Shown: positions 47,613 to 57,214 of the stretch, in pieces
Numbering within the stretch: position 1 is the first letter of the stretch
Layout of the letters: each line of letters begins with the position of its first letter
Assembly (NCBI GenBank): GCA_017610205.1
Contig: JAFCCL010000006.1
Span: forward strand, 32,001 to 96,000
Direction of reading: 5' to 3'
Origin: Candidatus Iainarchaeum sp.
Lineage (GTDB): Archaea > Iainarchaeota > Iainarchaeia > Iainarchaeales > GCA-2688035
Length of the DNA stretch: 64,000 nucleotides
Position numbers and translations under genes: made by a program
The notes under the pieces: generated by a model
Seen by the model: only the letters and a program-made list of their open reading frames with translations
Databases searched by the model: none
Told to the model about the DNA's origin: nothing

Positions 47613-49256
47613 ATGGCTGAATCACAGCAACCAGTAGTATTTCTTCCAGAGGGAACAAAGAGAACAAGGGGAAGAGATGCACAGAGAATAAACATTTTGA
47701 TTGCAAAAGCAGTTGCAAATGCAGTCAAGTCAACTTTGGGTCCAAAGGGAATGGACAAAATGATTGTTGACGACCTCGGGGATGTAACAATTTCAAACGA
47801 TGGTGCAACAATTTTGGACGAAATAAGCATAGAGCACCCTATTGGAAAGATTATGGCAGAGGTTGCCAAAACACAGGATGATGCAGTAGGAGACGGAACA
47901 ACAACTGCAGTTATTCTTGCAGGCGGTCTTTTGAAAGAAGCCGAAGGAATGCTTGACAACGATATCCATCCAAGCATTATTGTTAAGGGATATAGGATGG
48001 CGTCAAAAAAGGCAATAGAGTTTGCAAGAGATATCGCAGAGGAAATAAAATTTTCTGACAAAAAGGCATTGAAAAATATTGCAATGACTTCAATGACCGG
48101 CAAGGCAGCTGAATCAACAGAAGAATTGTCAGAAATTGTTGTAGAAGCCCTGTCAAAAATTGCAGACAGTGAAGAGGGCAAAATAGACATTGATATTGAC
48201 AATGTAAAGGTTGAAAAAAAGCAGGGTGCATCACTTGCTGAAAGCAAACTAATTGAAGGAATTGTAATAGACAAAGAAATAGTGCACAGCGGAATGCCAA
48301 AAAAGGCTGAAAATGCAAAAATTGCATTAATTGACGTAGCACTTGAAGTAAAAAGCACTGAAACAGATGCAAAGATTGAGATAACTTCGCCGGAGCAAAT
48401 GCAGGCATTTCTTGACCAGGAAGAGGGAATGCTCAAAAACATGGTTGAAGCAATCAAAAAGGCAGGCGCAAACGTTGTTGTATGCCAAAAGGGCATTGAC
48501 GATTTGGCACAGCACTTCCTTGCAAAAGAAGGAATTCTTGCTGTTCGCAGAGTCAAAAAATCTGATATGGATGCACTTGTAAGAGCAACAGGCGGCAAGG
48601 TTGCAACAAGACTTGAAAGCCTTAACCTAAAAGATTTGGGAAATGCAAAGCTTGTGCAGGAAAGAAAGATTTCAGGCGACGCAATGGTCTTTATTGAAGG
48701 CTGCAAAAACCCAAAGAGTGTCTCGCTAATAATAAGAGGCGGTTCAGAGCACGTAATTGATGAAGCCGAAAGAGCAGTGCACGACGCTTTGATGTCAACA
48801 GCCACGGCAATAAAAGACGGAAAAATTGTTGCAGGCGGCGGAAGCGCAGAAATCGAAATTGCAATGCATCTAAGGGATTATGCAAAAAGCATTGGAGGCA
48901 GGGAACAACTTGCAATAGAAGGATTTGCAAACACAATGGAAGAAATTCCAAGAACCCTTGCTGAAACAGCTGGCATGAACCCATTGGATACAATTGTCGA
49001 GCTTAGAAGCAAGCACGCAAAAAATGAAGAAAAAAACATAGGAGTTGATGTCCTAAAAGCAAAGCTCTCAGACATGAAATCATTGAATGTCATAGAGCCA
49101 TTGTCTGTAAAGACACAGGCAATAACATCAGGTGCAGAAGTTGCTGAAATGATTCTCAGAATTGACGACATCATTGCAGGAACAAGCAAGAGCAAGATGG
49201 AAATGCCTCCAGGTGGAATGCCACCAGGAATGGGTGGCGGAATGGGAATGATGTAA
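47613..49256 (+). CDS. ths: thermosome (group II chaperonin) subunit
   Basis: STLGPKGMDKM, GDGTTT, CQKGIDD, ILRIDD, GGM-rich tail. Confidence 0.98.
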   Translation: MAESQQPVVFLPEGTKRTRGRDAQRINILIAKAVANAVKSTLGPKGMDKMIVDDLGDVTISNDGATILDEISIEHPIGKIMAEVAKTQDDAVGDGTTTAVILAGGLLKEAEGMLDNDIHPSIIVKGYRMASKKAIEFARDIAEEIKFSDKKALKNIAMTSMTGKAAESTEELSEIVVEALSKIADSEEGKIDIDIDNVKVEKKQGASLAESKLIEGIVIDKEIVHSGMPKKAENAKIALIDVALEVKSTETDAKIEITSPEQMQAFLDQEEGMLKNMVEAIKKAGANVVVCQKGIDDLAQHFLAKEGILAVRRVKKSDMDALVRATGGKVATRLESLNLKDLGNAKLVQERKISGDAMVFIEGCKNPKSVSLIIRGGSEHVIDEAERAVHDALMSTATAIKDGKIVAGGGSAEIEIAMHLRDYAKSIGGREQLAIEGFANTMEEIPRTLAETAGMNPLDTIVELRSKHAKNEEKNIGVDVLKAKLSDMKSLNVIEPLSVKTQAITSGAEVAEMILRIDDIIAGTSKSKMEMPPGGMPPGMGGGMGMM

Positions 49257-49290
49257 CGCTGAAAAAGCGTTACTTTCTTTTTTCTTTTTA
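49256..49290 (+). terminator. hairpin plus T-tract after ths
   Basis: AACGCT-GAAAA-AGCGTT followed by T-rich run. Confidence 0.6.
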
Positions 49291-49800
49291 TAATTTTTCC
49301 TTTTGTTTCAAATGTTCTTTGATAATTTCAAGAATTTTAAAATATTTTATTTCACACCCCATATCAGACAAAATATGAAATTCTAGGTCTATAATATGCG
49401 GCTTTTTAGTCCAGGTAGATATTATTTGTTTAACCATTAAAGTTGTTGAAGTGCCAATTGGGATAATGAAGTCCGACTTTAAGGCAAGGTGTTTGAATAA
49501 ATCAGGAGTATTTCTGTAACCTATATGGTCTAACAGAATATTAACCTGAAGTGGGTTCTTTGATGCAATGTCTACAAATGATCTTTGTGCATCAGCTGAA
49601 GAACCAACACCATCAGCGCAGACAAATAACAGAGTCGTTTTTTTCCTGGTTGGCTTTTTAGCCCTGACAACATCTGGCATCTTTGAAGCCTCTTCACGCC
49701 TTAGCCTATTAAGCAAGGTCTTGCCAGCACCTGTAAGATAAAATTTTCCACTGATTTTGGAGGCAAGCCCTCTTCTAACTAGACCGATCTTTTTTTTCAT
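49288..49800 (-). CDS. orphan with basic N-terminus and PTS-EIIB/LMW-phosphatase-like P-loop
   Basis: LFVCADGVGSS. Confidence 0.6.
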   Translation of the reverse strand: MKKKIGLVRRGLASKISGKFYLTGAGKTLLNRLRREEASKMPDVVRAKKPTRKKTTLLFVCADGVGSSADAQRSFVDIASKNPLQVNILLDHIGYRNTPDLFKHLALKSDFIIPIGTSTTLMVKQIISTWTKKPHIIDLEFHILSDMGCEIKYFKILEIIKEHLKQKEKL

Positions 49801-49881
49801 TTGTAACAAGAAAGTCACTCCGGTTAAAATTGTTTCTTTTGTGATTAATATTATTAACCCTTTACACAACTTATTAATTGT

Positions 49882-50412
49882 ATGCAGGCAATTGCATTTA
49901 CCGGACTGCCTCGTTCTGGAAAGGATACCGCTGCAGACTATCTTGTGAAAAAGCATGGTTTTAGCAAGGTTGTAATGAGTGACGAGAATGGCTTTGAGTT
50001 AAAAAAGCATGGTTTAAAGGATAACAAAATGGGTCGTTCAAGAATGGGAAAGGAACTTCGTGAAAAATTTGGATTGGACGTAATTGCAAGGCGTTCATTT
50101 GAAAGAGCCAAAAAAAGTGGCTTTGAAAGAGTTGTTTTTGTTGGAGTTAGGGGTGTTGAAGAAGTGAATTTTTTCAAAAAGGAAATTCCTGAATTTAAGC
50201 TTATAAAAATTGAATCGGTAAAAGGCAAAAGATTTGAGAGGAAAAGCAAAATTGACGGCCAAAGCAAAGAACAGTTCTTTGAAAGAGAGGTCTGGGAAGA
50301 GGAAAAGTTTGGACTTGGCAAAGTTTTGAACGAAGCTAATTATACTATCGAAAATAATTCAACGATTGCCGAATTTCAAAAGGCAATAGACGAATTGATG
50401 CAAAACATTTAA
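49882..50412 (+). CDS. P-loop nucleotide kinase (archaeal dephospho-CoA-kinase-like)
   Basis: TGLPRSGKDT, LREKFG, GVR..EEV, IENN. Confidence 0.8.
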   Translation: MQAIAFTGLPRSGKDTAADYLVKKHGFSKVVMSDENGFELKKHGLKDNKMGRSRMGKELREKFGLDVIARRSFERAKKSGFERVVFVGVRGVEEVNFFKKEIPEFKLIKIESVKGKRFERKSKIDGQSKEQFFEREVWEEEKFGLGKVLNEANYTIENNSTIAEFQKAIDELMQNI

Positions 50413-50449
50413 AAACATCAAATGCTTTTTAGATTCAGGTGATTAGTAA

Positions 50450-51175
50450 ATGGTTGATTTAAACCTGACAATAAGCCAATTTCTTGACAGCTTATACCAA
50501 GCACTTGTTGTAAACATCTGGGACGAATTTGTAGAAGTCGTTCCAGGAATTGTTGCGGCAATAATCATTGTGCTTATTGGTTGGGTACTGGCAAGAATAA
50601 TCAAGCAGATTGTAATCAAAATTCTGCAGAGCACAAAGGTTGACAAATGGATTGATGAGCAAAACCTTACGGCTGCAATTGGAGGAAAAGAGGTTTCGGG
50701 ATTGATTGGAAGCCTGACCAAATGGTATGTTATAGGAATCTTCCTTGCACAGGCGGTAGGATGGCTCAATCTTGACATTTTTACAATCTACCTTGAAAGA
50801 ATTTTTGTGTTCTCTAACAGCAACCCAAGCCCGATATTTTTCTCGTTGCTTGGAGGCATTGTTGTAATGGTAGCAGGATTGCTGGTTGCACGCTACTTCA
50901 GGAACCTTATTGAAGCAACAACATTCAGGGTAAAGAAAGCATTAGGATTAATTGCAGAAGGAATTGTCCTAATCTTTTCAGGAATGCTTGCTTTGACATT
51001 AGTTGTGGGACCGGAAATAGCAAATGTGCTAATACGCTTGATAGAGCTTTTCTTAACTCCGTTCATTCAAGCCTTTGCATGGGTGCTTGCAATAGTAGTA
51101 GGAATAAGCATTCTTGTAAACTCAAAAAATGAACTTAGGAAAATTTCTTTAGAGTTAAAAAAGTCAATCAAGTAA
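50450..51175 (+). CDS. MscS-type TM-helix-repeat membrane protein
   Basis: PGIVAAIIIVLIGWVLAR motif and a second similar repeat. Confidence 0.72.
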   Translation: MVDLNLTISQFLDSLYQALVVNIWDEFVEVVPGIVAAIIIVLIGWVLARIIKQIVIKILQSTKVDKWIDEQNLTAAIGGKEVSGLIGSLTKWYVIGIFLAQAVGWLNLDIFTIYLERIFVFSNSNPSPIFFSLLGGIVVMVAGLLVARYFRNLIEATTFRVKKALGLIAEGIVLIFSGMLALTLVVGPEIANVLIRLIELFLTPFIQAFAWVLAIVVGISILVNSKNELRKISLELKKSIK

Positions 51176-51178
51176 AAA

Positions 51179-51220
51179 AAGGGGCTTTTAAAAACCCCTT
51201 TCTTTTTTTATTTTTTTTAA
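51179..51220. terminator. hairpin flanked by A- and T-tracts
   Basis: AAGGGG...CCCCTT followed by T-runs. Confidence 0.6.
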
Positions 51221-51304
51221 AGCTTTAAAACCCCCAAAAAGCAGGAATTAAATAAATTATTAAACAAGTCCCCGTTTCTAATTTATTAGAAGTCACATCC
51301 TATT

Positions 51305-51382
51305 GTGCGAGTGATAACGAGCATATGGCATCGAGCGCCGTTAGGCGTGAAGATGGCATTCGCACTCGCGGGGCGTGACCGC
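51305..51382 (+). ncRNA. GC-rich structured RNA/leader immediately 5' of the tRNA
   Basis: GTGCGAGTG/CATTCGCAC stem, CGCC-GTTA-GGCG hairpin with K-turn-like CGA/GTGAAGA, CGCGG/CCGCG hairpin. Confidence 0.5.
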
Positions 51383-51456
51383 GGGTCCGTAGCTTAGTCT
51401 GGCAGAGCATTGGTCTTATACACCAAGGGTCAGGGGTTCAAATCCTCTCGGACCCA
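51383..51456 (+). tRNA. tRNA-Ile (anticodon UAU), no intron, CCA not encoded
   Basis: Acceptor GGGTCCG/CGGACCC plus A; D arm GCTT/GAGC; anticodon arm TTGGT-CTTATAC-ACCAA; T arm AGGGG-TTCAAAT-CCTCT. Confidence 0.93.
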
Positions 51457-51619
51457 ATTCAATTTTTTTTGGAGAGGTAAAAAAATACCCGTGAAAAAAA
51501 GCCATTAAAGAGGCTTTTACTGGTTTTATTGCCCAAATAAGGAATTTGTTTAAAAGGATTAATTAGTTAAAAATAATAAAAATGCGAATTTTTGTAAAGA
51601 AAGTAAAAAATGTGTTAAA

Positions 51620-54484
51620 ATGGCAAAAAAAAGGATTTTGGAACAATTTGACCTCAAAAAAGAGGAAAGCGTAAGGCGTTTTTGGAAAAAGGACCAAATT
51701 CCTGAAAAGGCAAGAAAACAAAGCCAGAAGCAAAAAGAACCCTTTTATTTTATGGACGGCCCGCCCTATGCAACCGGGCACATTCATATGGGAACTGCCT
51801 TAAACAAGGTTTTGAAAGATGTTGCAATGCGTTCCAAAAGAATGCAGGGATTTAATGTTTTTGACAGGCCAGGATACGACTGCCATGGGGTTCCAACAGA
51901 AAAAAAGGTTGAAGAAAAACTTGGCTTTAACAACAAACAGCAAATTGAAGAATACGGAGTTGACAAATTTACAGAGCAATGCAGGCATTTTGCCACACAA
52001 TTCATTGAAGTAATGAACAAAGAATTTGACAATATTGGAGTCTGGATGGATTGGAAAAACCCATACCTTACATTAGACGATGATTACATTGAAGCAATCT
52101 GGGGGTCTTTCAAAAAAGCCGATGAAAAAGGACTTCTTTACAAAGGGCTTTACCCAGTGCACATTTGCCCACGCTGTGAAACAGTTGTTGCATTCAACGA
52201 AATTGAGTATACAAAACAAACAGATGAAAGCATTTACGTAAAATTTCCAGTAAAGGATGCAAAAGAAACATTTCTGGTAATTTGGACCACTACTCCCTGG
52301 ACACTGCCTGGAAACACAGGCGTAATGGTAAACCCAAAATTCGATTACGCTTTTGTAAAACTAAGCAATGGCGAAACATGGATTGTTGCAGAAAAAAAAG
52401 TACAAAACTTAATGGATGCAATTGAAGCAGGCTATGCAATTGAAAAGATAGTAAAAGGAAAAGAACTTGAAGGAATGCAATACAAAAATCCATTGCAGAA
52501 AAAATTAAAATTGCCAGAACTTGAAAATGCTTACAGAGTTGTTATGAGCGAAAGATATGTCAACCTTGATGAAGGAACAGGACTAGTGCACTGCGCACCA
52601 GGACATGGCAAAGAAGATTACGAGGTTGGAAACAAAGCAGGACTGCCTGCAATTTCACCGGTTAAATTAAACGGCTTGCTAAAAGAAGAAACAGGAAAAT
52701 ATGCAGGAAAGAAATGCAGAGTTGTTGACAAGGAAATTATTGAGGATTTGGAATATGACAAAATGCTAGTGTACAAACACGAGCACACACATGATTACCC
52801 AGTGTGCTGGAGATGCAAAAGCCCTCTTTTAATGCTAAGCGTAAAACAATGGTTTTTGCAAATAAGAAGCATTCAGGAAAAAATGCTTTCATTAAACAAA
52901 GAAGTCAATTGGACACCGGCATGGATGAAGGACAGAATGCATAACTGGCTTGAAAGCATAAGCGACTGGCCTATTTCAAGAGCAAGATACTGGGGAACAC
53001 CACTGCCAATATGGGTTTGTGACAAGTGTGAAAGCAAAAAAGTTATTGGAAACAGAAAAGAACTCAGGCAATTAAGTGGTGTGAAAGAAATTGAAATGCA
53101 CAAGCCAGGAATTGACAAAATTGAATTCGGATGCAGTTGCGGAGGAACAATGAAAAGGGTTCCGGAAATTCTAGACGTATGGTTTGATTCAGGAGTAAGC
53201 AGCTGGGCAGCATTGGGATTTCCAGAAAAAAAGGAATTGTTTGAAAAATTCTGGCCAGCCAATTTAAACCTTGAAGGAACAGACCAGTTTAGAGGATGGT
53301 GGAACTCGCAATTGATTCTTTCAACAATTTGCTTTGACAAGGCACCATTTGAAAACATTTTAGTGCATGGAATAGTACTGGACCTTCAAAAGAAAAAAAT
53401 GTCAAAAAGTGTTGGCAACATTGTACAACCAAAGGAAATAATTGAAAAATATAACAGAGACTACCTTCGCTATTATTTAGTAAGCACAAGCAAGGGAGAA
53501 GACTTTGCATTTTCATGGGATGCGTTTAAAGACATTCACAGATTCTTCAATGTATTATGGAACAGCTACAATTATGCCTTGCTTTACCTGGACATTGACC
53601 TTGAAAAGGCGGAAAAAATTGAATTAAAGGGACTGGAAGCAGAGGACAAATGGATAATAAGCAAGGTTGAAAGCTTGACCAAAGAAACCCTAAACGCTTA
53701 CAACAATTTTACTTACTTTAAAGCAACAGCAGCAATAGAAGAATTTGTTTTAGAAGAATTAAGCAGAACCTACATCAAACTTGTAAGAAACAGGGAAGAC
53801 AAGGAAAATGTAAACAAAACCCTGTCCTATGTTCTTGGCAAAATACTAAAAATTATTGCACCAATCACCCCGCATATTGCAGAATACATTTACCAGGGAT
53901 TTAAATCAGGCAAAATGCCTGAATCAATTCACCTGATTGAAATTCCACTGCCTGATGCAAAAAAGATTGACAAAAAGCTCGAAGCAGAATTTGAAAAAAC
54001 AAAACAGGTTACACAGGCAGTGCTTTCATTAAGGGAAGAAAACAAGCTAAGGAGAAGATGGCCACTGCGTTCTCTTACAATAGTATCCAAAACAGGAAAA
54101 GAATTAAGTCACGTTAAAAAAGTTCTTGAAAGCAGCTGCAATGTGCAAAAAGTTTTGCTTGACAAAAAAAAGCCAAGAAAAGGAAAATACGCAGAAAAGG
54201 AAATAGAGGGCATTAAAGCATTTCTTGAAATTGACGCAGACCAGGAACTAAAAGAAATCTGGGAACTGCAGGAACTAAGAAGAAAAATACAGGATTTAAG
54301 AAAGCAGGCAAAGCTCATGCCAGGGCAAAAAGCAAAATTAAAAATTGCCTGCAGCAAGCCGGAATTTTTGGAAAAATTCAAAAAAGAAATTGAAACAGGA
54401 ACAAACACAGAATTGGACCAGACAAAGAAAAAGCCCTCAGAAAAACTCCTTGAAAGGAAATTTGCACTACAGATTGTGAAGTGA
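51620..54484 (+). CDS. ileS: isoleucine--tRNA ligase
   Basis: DGPPYATGHIHMGT, WTTTPWTLPGN, GTGLVHCAPGHG, DWPISRARYWG, KMSKS. Confidence 0.96.
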   Translation: MAKKRILEQFDLKKEESVRRFWKKDQIPEKARKQSQKQKEPFYFMDGPPYATGHIHMGTALNKVLKDVAMRSKRMQGFNVFDRPGYDCHGVPTEKKVEEKLGFNNKQQIEEYGVDKFTEQCRHFATQFIEVMNKEFDNIGVWMDWKNPYLTLDDDYIEAIWGSFKKADEKGLLYKGLYPVHICPRCETVVAFNEIEYTKQTDESIYVKFPVKDAKETFLVIWTTTPWTLPGNTGVMVNPKFDYAFVKLSNGETWIVAEKKVQNLMDAIEAGYAIEKIVKGKELEGMQYKNPLQKKLKLPELENAYRVVMSERYVNLDEGTGLVHCAPGHGKEDYEVGNKAGLPAISPVKLNGLLKEETGKYAGKKCRVVDKEIIEDLEYDKMLVYKHEHTHDYPVCWRCKSPLLMLSVKQWFLQIRSIQEKMLSLNKEVNWTPAWMKDRMHNWLESISDWPISRARYWGTPLPIWVCDKCESKKVIGNRKELRQLSGVKEIEMHKPGIDKIEFGCSCGGTMKRVPEILDVWFDSGVSSWAALGFPEKKELFEKFWPANLNLEGTDQFRGWWNSQLILSTICFDKAPFENILVHGIVLDLQKKKMSKSVGNIVQPKEIIEKYNRDYLRYYLVSTSKGEDFAFSWDAFKDIHRFFNVLWNSYNYALLYLDIDLEKAEKIELKGLEAEDKWIISKVESLTKETLNAYNNFTYFKATAAIEEFVLEELSRTYIKLVRNREDKENVNKTLSYVLGKILKIIAPITPHIAEYIYQGFKSGKMPESIHLIEIPLPDAKKIDKKLEAEFEKTKQVTQAVLSLREENKLRRRWPLRSLTIVSKTGKELSHVKKVLESSCNVQKVLLDKKKPRKGKYAEKEIEGIKAFLEIDADQELKEIWELQELRRKIQDLRKQAKLMPGQKAKLKIACSKPEFLEKFKKEIETGTNTELDQTKKKPSEKLLERKFALQIVK

Positions 54485-54488
54485 ACAA

Positions 54489-54716
54489 ATGAAACTGCCA
54501 ATTATTTCTTCAGCAAAGGCAATCAAAGCACTTGAAAAGATTGGCTTTAAAGAAAATCACCAAAAAGGAAGCCATATTGTTCTTAGAAAAACAACTTTTC
54601 CATTTGCAAGAATTGTTGTTCCAAAAAGAAAAGAATTGCCAAAAGGAACACTGCGTGCAATAATAAGGCAAGCTGGATTGAACAAAGAAGAATTTACAAA
54701 ACTTCTTGGAAAATAG
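54489..54716 (+). CDS. hicA: HicA toxin
   Basis: KALEKIGF..HQKGSH, GTLRAIIRQAG. Confidence 0.9.
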   Translation: MKLPIISSAKAIKALEKIGFKENHQKGSHIVLRKTTFPFARIVVPKRKELPKGTLRAIIRQAGLNKEEFTKLLGK

Positions 54717-54792
54717 CTTTATTATTAATAATTTATATAACTTGTGTAAGAATAGTAATATATACAACTTTTAGCAATAAATGTGATGAAAC

Positions 54793-55008
54793 ATGGATTT
54801 TAAAGTGGCAATTTCAAAGGATGAAGATGGTATTTACATAGCCGAATGTATTGACCTTCCAGGCTGTGTTTCAGATGGAAGCACAATGCAGGAAGCCAAA
54901 AAAAATGTCAAAGAAGCAATAGAAGCCTATTTGGAAAGCCTTGAAAAGCACGGTGAAAAAATTCCTTCAAAACACTCCGAGATTGTAAGAATAAGCGTCT
55001 GCACATAA
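54793..55008 (+). CDS. hicB: HicB antitoxin
   Basis: YIAECIDLPGCVSDG.T.QEAKKNVKEAIEAYLE. Confidence 0.92.
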   Translation: MDFKVAISKDEDGIYIAECIDLPGCVSDGSTMQEAKKNVKEAIEAYLESLEKHGEKIPSKHSEIVRISVCT

Positions 55009-55069
55009 ACGCAAAGTTTTTCTAATTCAACGGTAAACATAAGACTCCCCCTTTAAGAGGTGTTTTTTT

Positions 55070-55984
55070 ATGGAAAAAATCAAGGATATTGAACTAAACG
55101 GAAAAAATTCAAAAGAAATGGTCAATGAAATGAAAACAGTTGGCTTTCAGGCAACTCATCTGGCACAAGCTGTTGAACTTATAGAACAAATGAAAAAAGA
55201 AAACGCAACAATATTTTTGGGTTTTACAGCAAACTTAATGGCCTCAGGATTGAGGGGAATTGTAAAAGAATTGTGCAAAAAAAAGTTTGTTGACGCAATT
55301 GTAACAACTGCAGGAAGCATTGACCACGACATCATCAAAAGCAGCATGCCATACAATCTTGGAACATTCCAGGCAAACGATGTAGAACTGCACCAAAAAG
55401 GCATTAATAGAATTGGAAACATTTTTGTTGAAACAAAAGGATTTGAGCTCCTGGAAGAAAAAATGCAGCAATGGTTAAAGGAAATTTACAGCAAAGAAAA
55501 AATTGTCAGCCCAAGCCAGCTTACAAAATTCATTGGAGAAAAGCTTCCAAAAGAAAGCTTTTTGCACTGGTGCAATACAAACAACATCCCGGTGTTCTGC
55601 CCGGGAATAACAGACGGGGCAATAGGAATGCAAATGTATTTCTTCAAACAAGAACACGCAGACTTTGCAATGGACGTAACAAAAGACATGAAAGAGCTGG
55701 CAGACCTTGTTCTGACAGCAGACAAAACAGGCGCAATAATTCTCGGAGGCGGAATTTCAAAACACCACATAATCGGCGCAAACATTCTAAGAGAAGGACT
55801 TGATTACGCGGTTTACATTTCAACAGCTGCAGAATTTGACGGAAGCCTTTCAGGAGCACAAACAAGAGAAGCAAAAAGCTGGGGCAAATTAAAGGAAAGA
55901 GGAAACAGCGTGCAGGTAAACTGTGACGCAACAATTGCACTTCCCCTAGTCGCTACTGCTTTAAAGGAAAAAGGAGTACTGTAA
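55070..55984 (+). CDS. dys: deoxyhypusine synthase
   Basis: GFQAT, TANLMASGLR, INRIGN, TDGAIG, GGGISKHH, DGSLSGA..REAKSWGK. Confidence 0.97.
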   Translation: MEKIKDIELNGKNSKEMVNEMKTVGFQATHLAQAVELIEQMKKENATIFLGFTANLMASGLRGIVKELCKKKFVDAIVTTAGSIDHDIIKSSMPYNLGTFQANDVELHQKGINRIGNIFVETKGFELLEEKMQQWLKEIYSKEKIVSPSQLTKFIGEKLPKESFLHWCNTNNIPVFCPGITDGAIGMQMYFFKQEHADFAMDVTKDMKELADLVLTADKTGAIILGGGISKHHIIGANILREGLDYAVYISTAAEFDGSLSGAQTREAKSWGKLKERGNSVQVNCDATIALPLVATALKEKGVL

Positions 55985-56043
55985 AAAAAAAAGGAATTGC
56001 TTGCAATGATTACAACCAGTACTTGCAGTAAAGAGGAATTACA

Positions 56044-57054
56044 ATGATTACAGTAATAACTTATTTGCTAATGTTTGCCTGCGGAGCATTTACAAAATTC
56101 GCAGACAATTTAATTGACGAACCATTCAAATCAAAATTTCCATGGCTGCAATATGCCACAGCTGCAATTTACGGAATTCTTGCAGGATACCTTGCAACAG
56201 GCTCAACAGAATTTGCAACACTAATAATTGCAATCACAATAGGAGTGTTGTTTGCGGGAAAAATTGATTCAAAAGCACACCAGCTTGCAATTGCAATAAT
56301 TTTTGTAACAATTGCACTGCGAGGTTTGCCCTCAATAGACATTCTTCTGCTTGCAGCCCTTGTTATTCTTGGATTTCTTGACGACGCCTTAAACGATTTT
56401 GTAGACAATGCAAAAGAAAAAGGAAAACACATTAATTCAACAATAAGACACATTGTAAGCGCAAGGCTTTCACTGGAAATCGGAACACTTGCATTAGGGC
56501 TTTGGACAGGAAACTTTGTTTACTTCCTTTCAATATTTTCATTCGACCTTGCATACAACATTGTGGACAAGGCAATGCCGTTGTTTATGAAAATGTTTAA
56601 TCCAGAATACGGGCCACAGCTGGTTGTTGATTTGTACAAATGCAATGCAAAAAAACTAGGTGACAAAAATTTTATCAAAAAAACGCTTGTGGAATTTCCT
56701 GCAAAAATCGGAATGAGAAAAATTTCCAAAGCATTTGTCTTCAAATACAATCCAAAAAACAAGGAAGAACAAGGACTAAGCGCATTTGTGCTAATAGCAG
56801 AATCACACATTACAATACACACATATCCACTAAGGCAGCTTGCAAAAATAGATATAGTTTCATGCAAGGGATTTGATCAGGAAAAGGCAGCAGCAATGCT
56901 AAAAAAAACATTCAATGCAAAAGAAGCAGAAGCCAAATCACTCTACAGGGGAAAACACTATCCAAAAGACCTGAAAAAATCAGCAGAACTTGCAAAAAAA
57001 GAGCGCTCAAAAAGCACAGTTTGCAAAACGCAGGCAACTATGCTGAAGGAGTAA
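56044..57054 (+). CDS. multi-TM membrane domain fused to a pyruvoyl-dependent AdoMet-decarboxylase-like domain
   Basis: About 6 TM helices, then GPQLVVDLYKC, GLSAFVLIAE|SHITIHTYP, DIVSC. Confidence 0.85.
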   Translation: MITVITYLLMFACGAFTKFADNLIDEPFKSKFPWLQYATAAIYGILAGYLATGSTEFATLIIAITIGVLFAGKIDSKAHQLAIAIIFVTIALRGLPSIDILLLAALVILGFLDDALNDFVDNAKEKGKHINSTIRHIVSARLSLEIGTLALGLWTGNFVYFLSIFSFDLAYNIVDKAMPLFMKMFNPEYGPQLVVDLYKCNAKKLGDKNFIKKTLVEFPAKIGMRKISKAFVFKYNPKNKEEQGLSAFVLIAESHITIHTYPLRQLAKIDIVSCKGFDQEKAAAMLKKTFNAKEAEAKSLYRGKHYPKDLKKSAELAKKERSKSTVCKTQATMLKE

Positions 57055-57214
57055 TTGCCCTAACAACCAAAACCAGTGCAATAACAGCAATTGCCGCACC
57101 AATAACAAATTCTGGCGAAAGCTTTGGACCGCTTGTATCTGCGTCAAAAAACCTTACAATTCCCAAACTACTGCTTGGTCCGCTAACAGCAGGACCCCTA
57201 TTTAACTTAACCAT
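57038..57214 (-). CDS. secG: preprotein translocase subunit Sec61-beta
   Basis: PSSSLGIVRFFD...KLSPEFV plus TM helix. Confidence 0.88.
   Translation of the reverse strand: MVKLNRGPAVSGPSSSLGIVRFFDADTSGPKLSPEFVIGAAIAVIALVLVVRAITPSA

Noticed and set aside
47579-48805. 408-aa antisense ORF over the thermosome, and similar shadow ORFs over eno, ileS and others
   Set aside because: Antisense frames of conserved genes with no independent motifs
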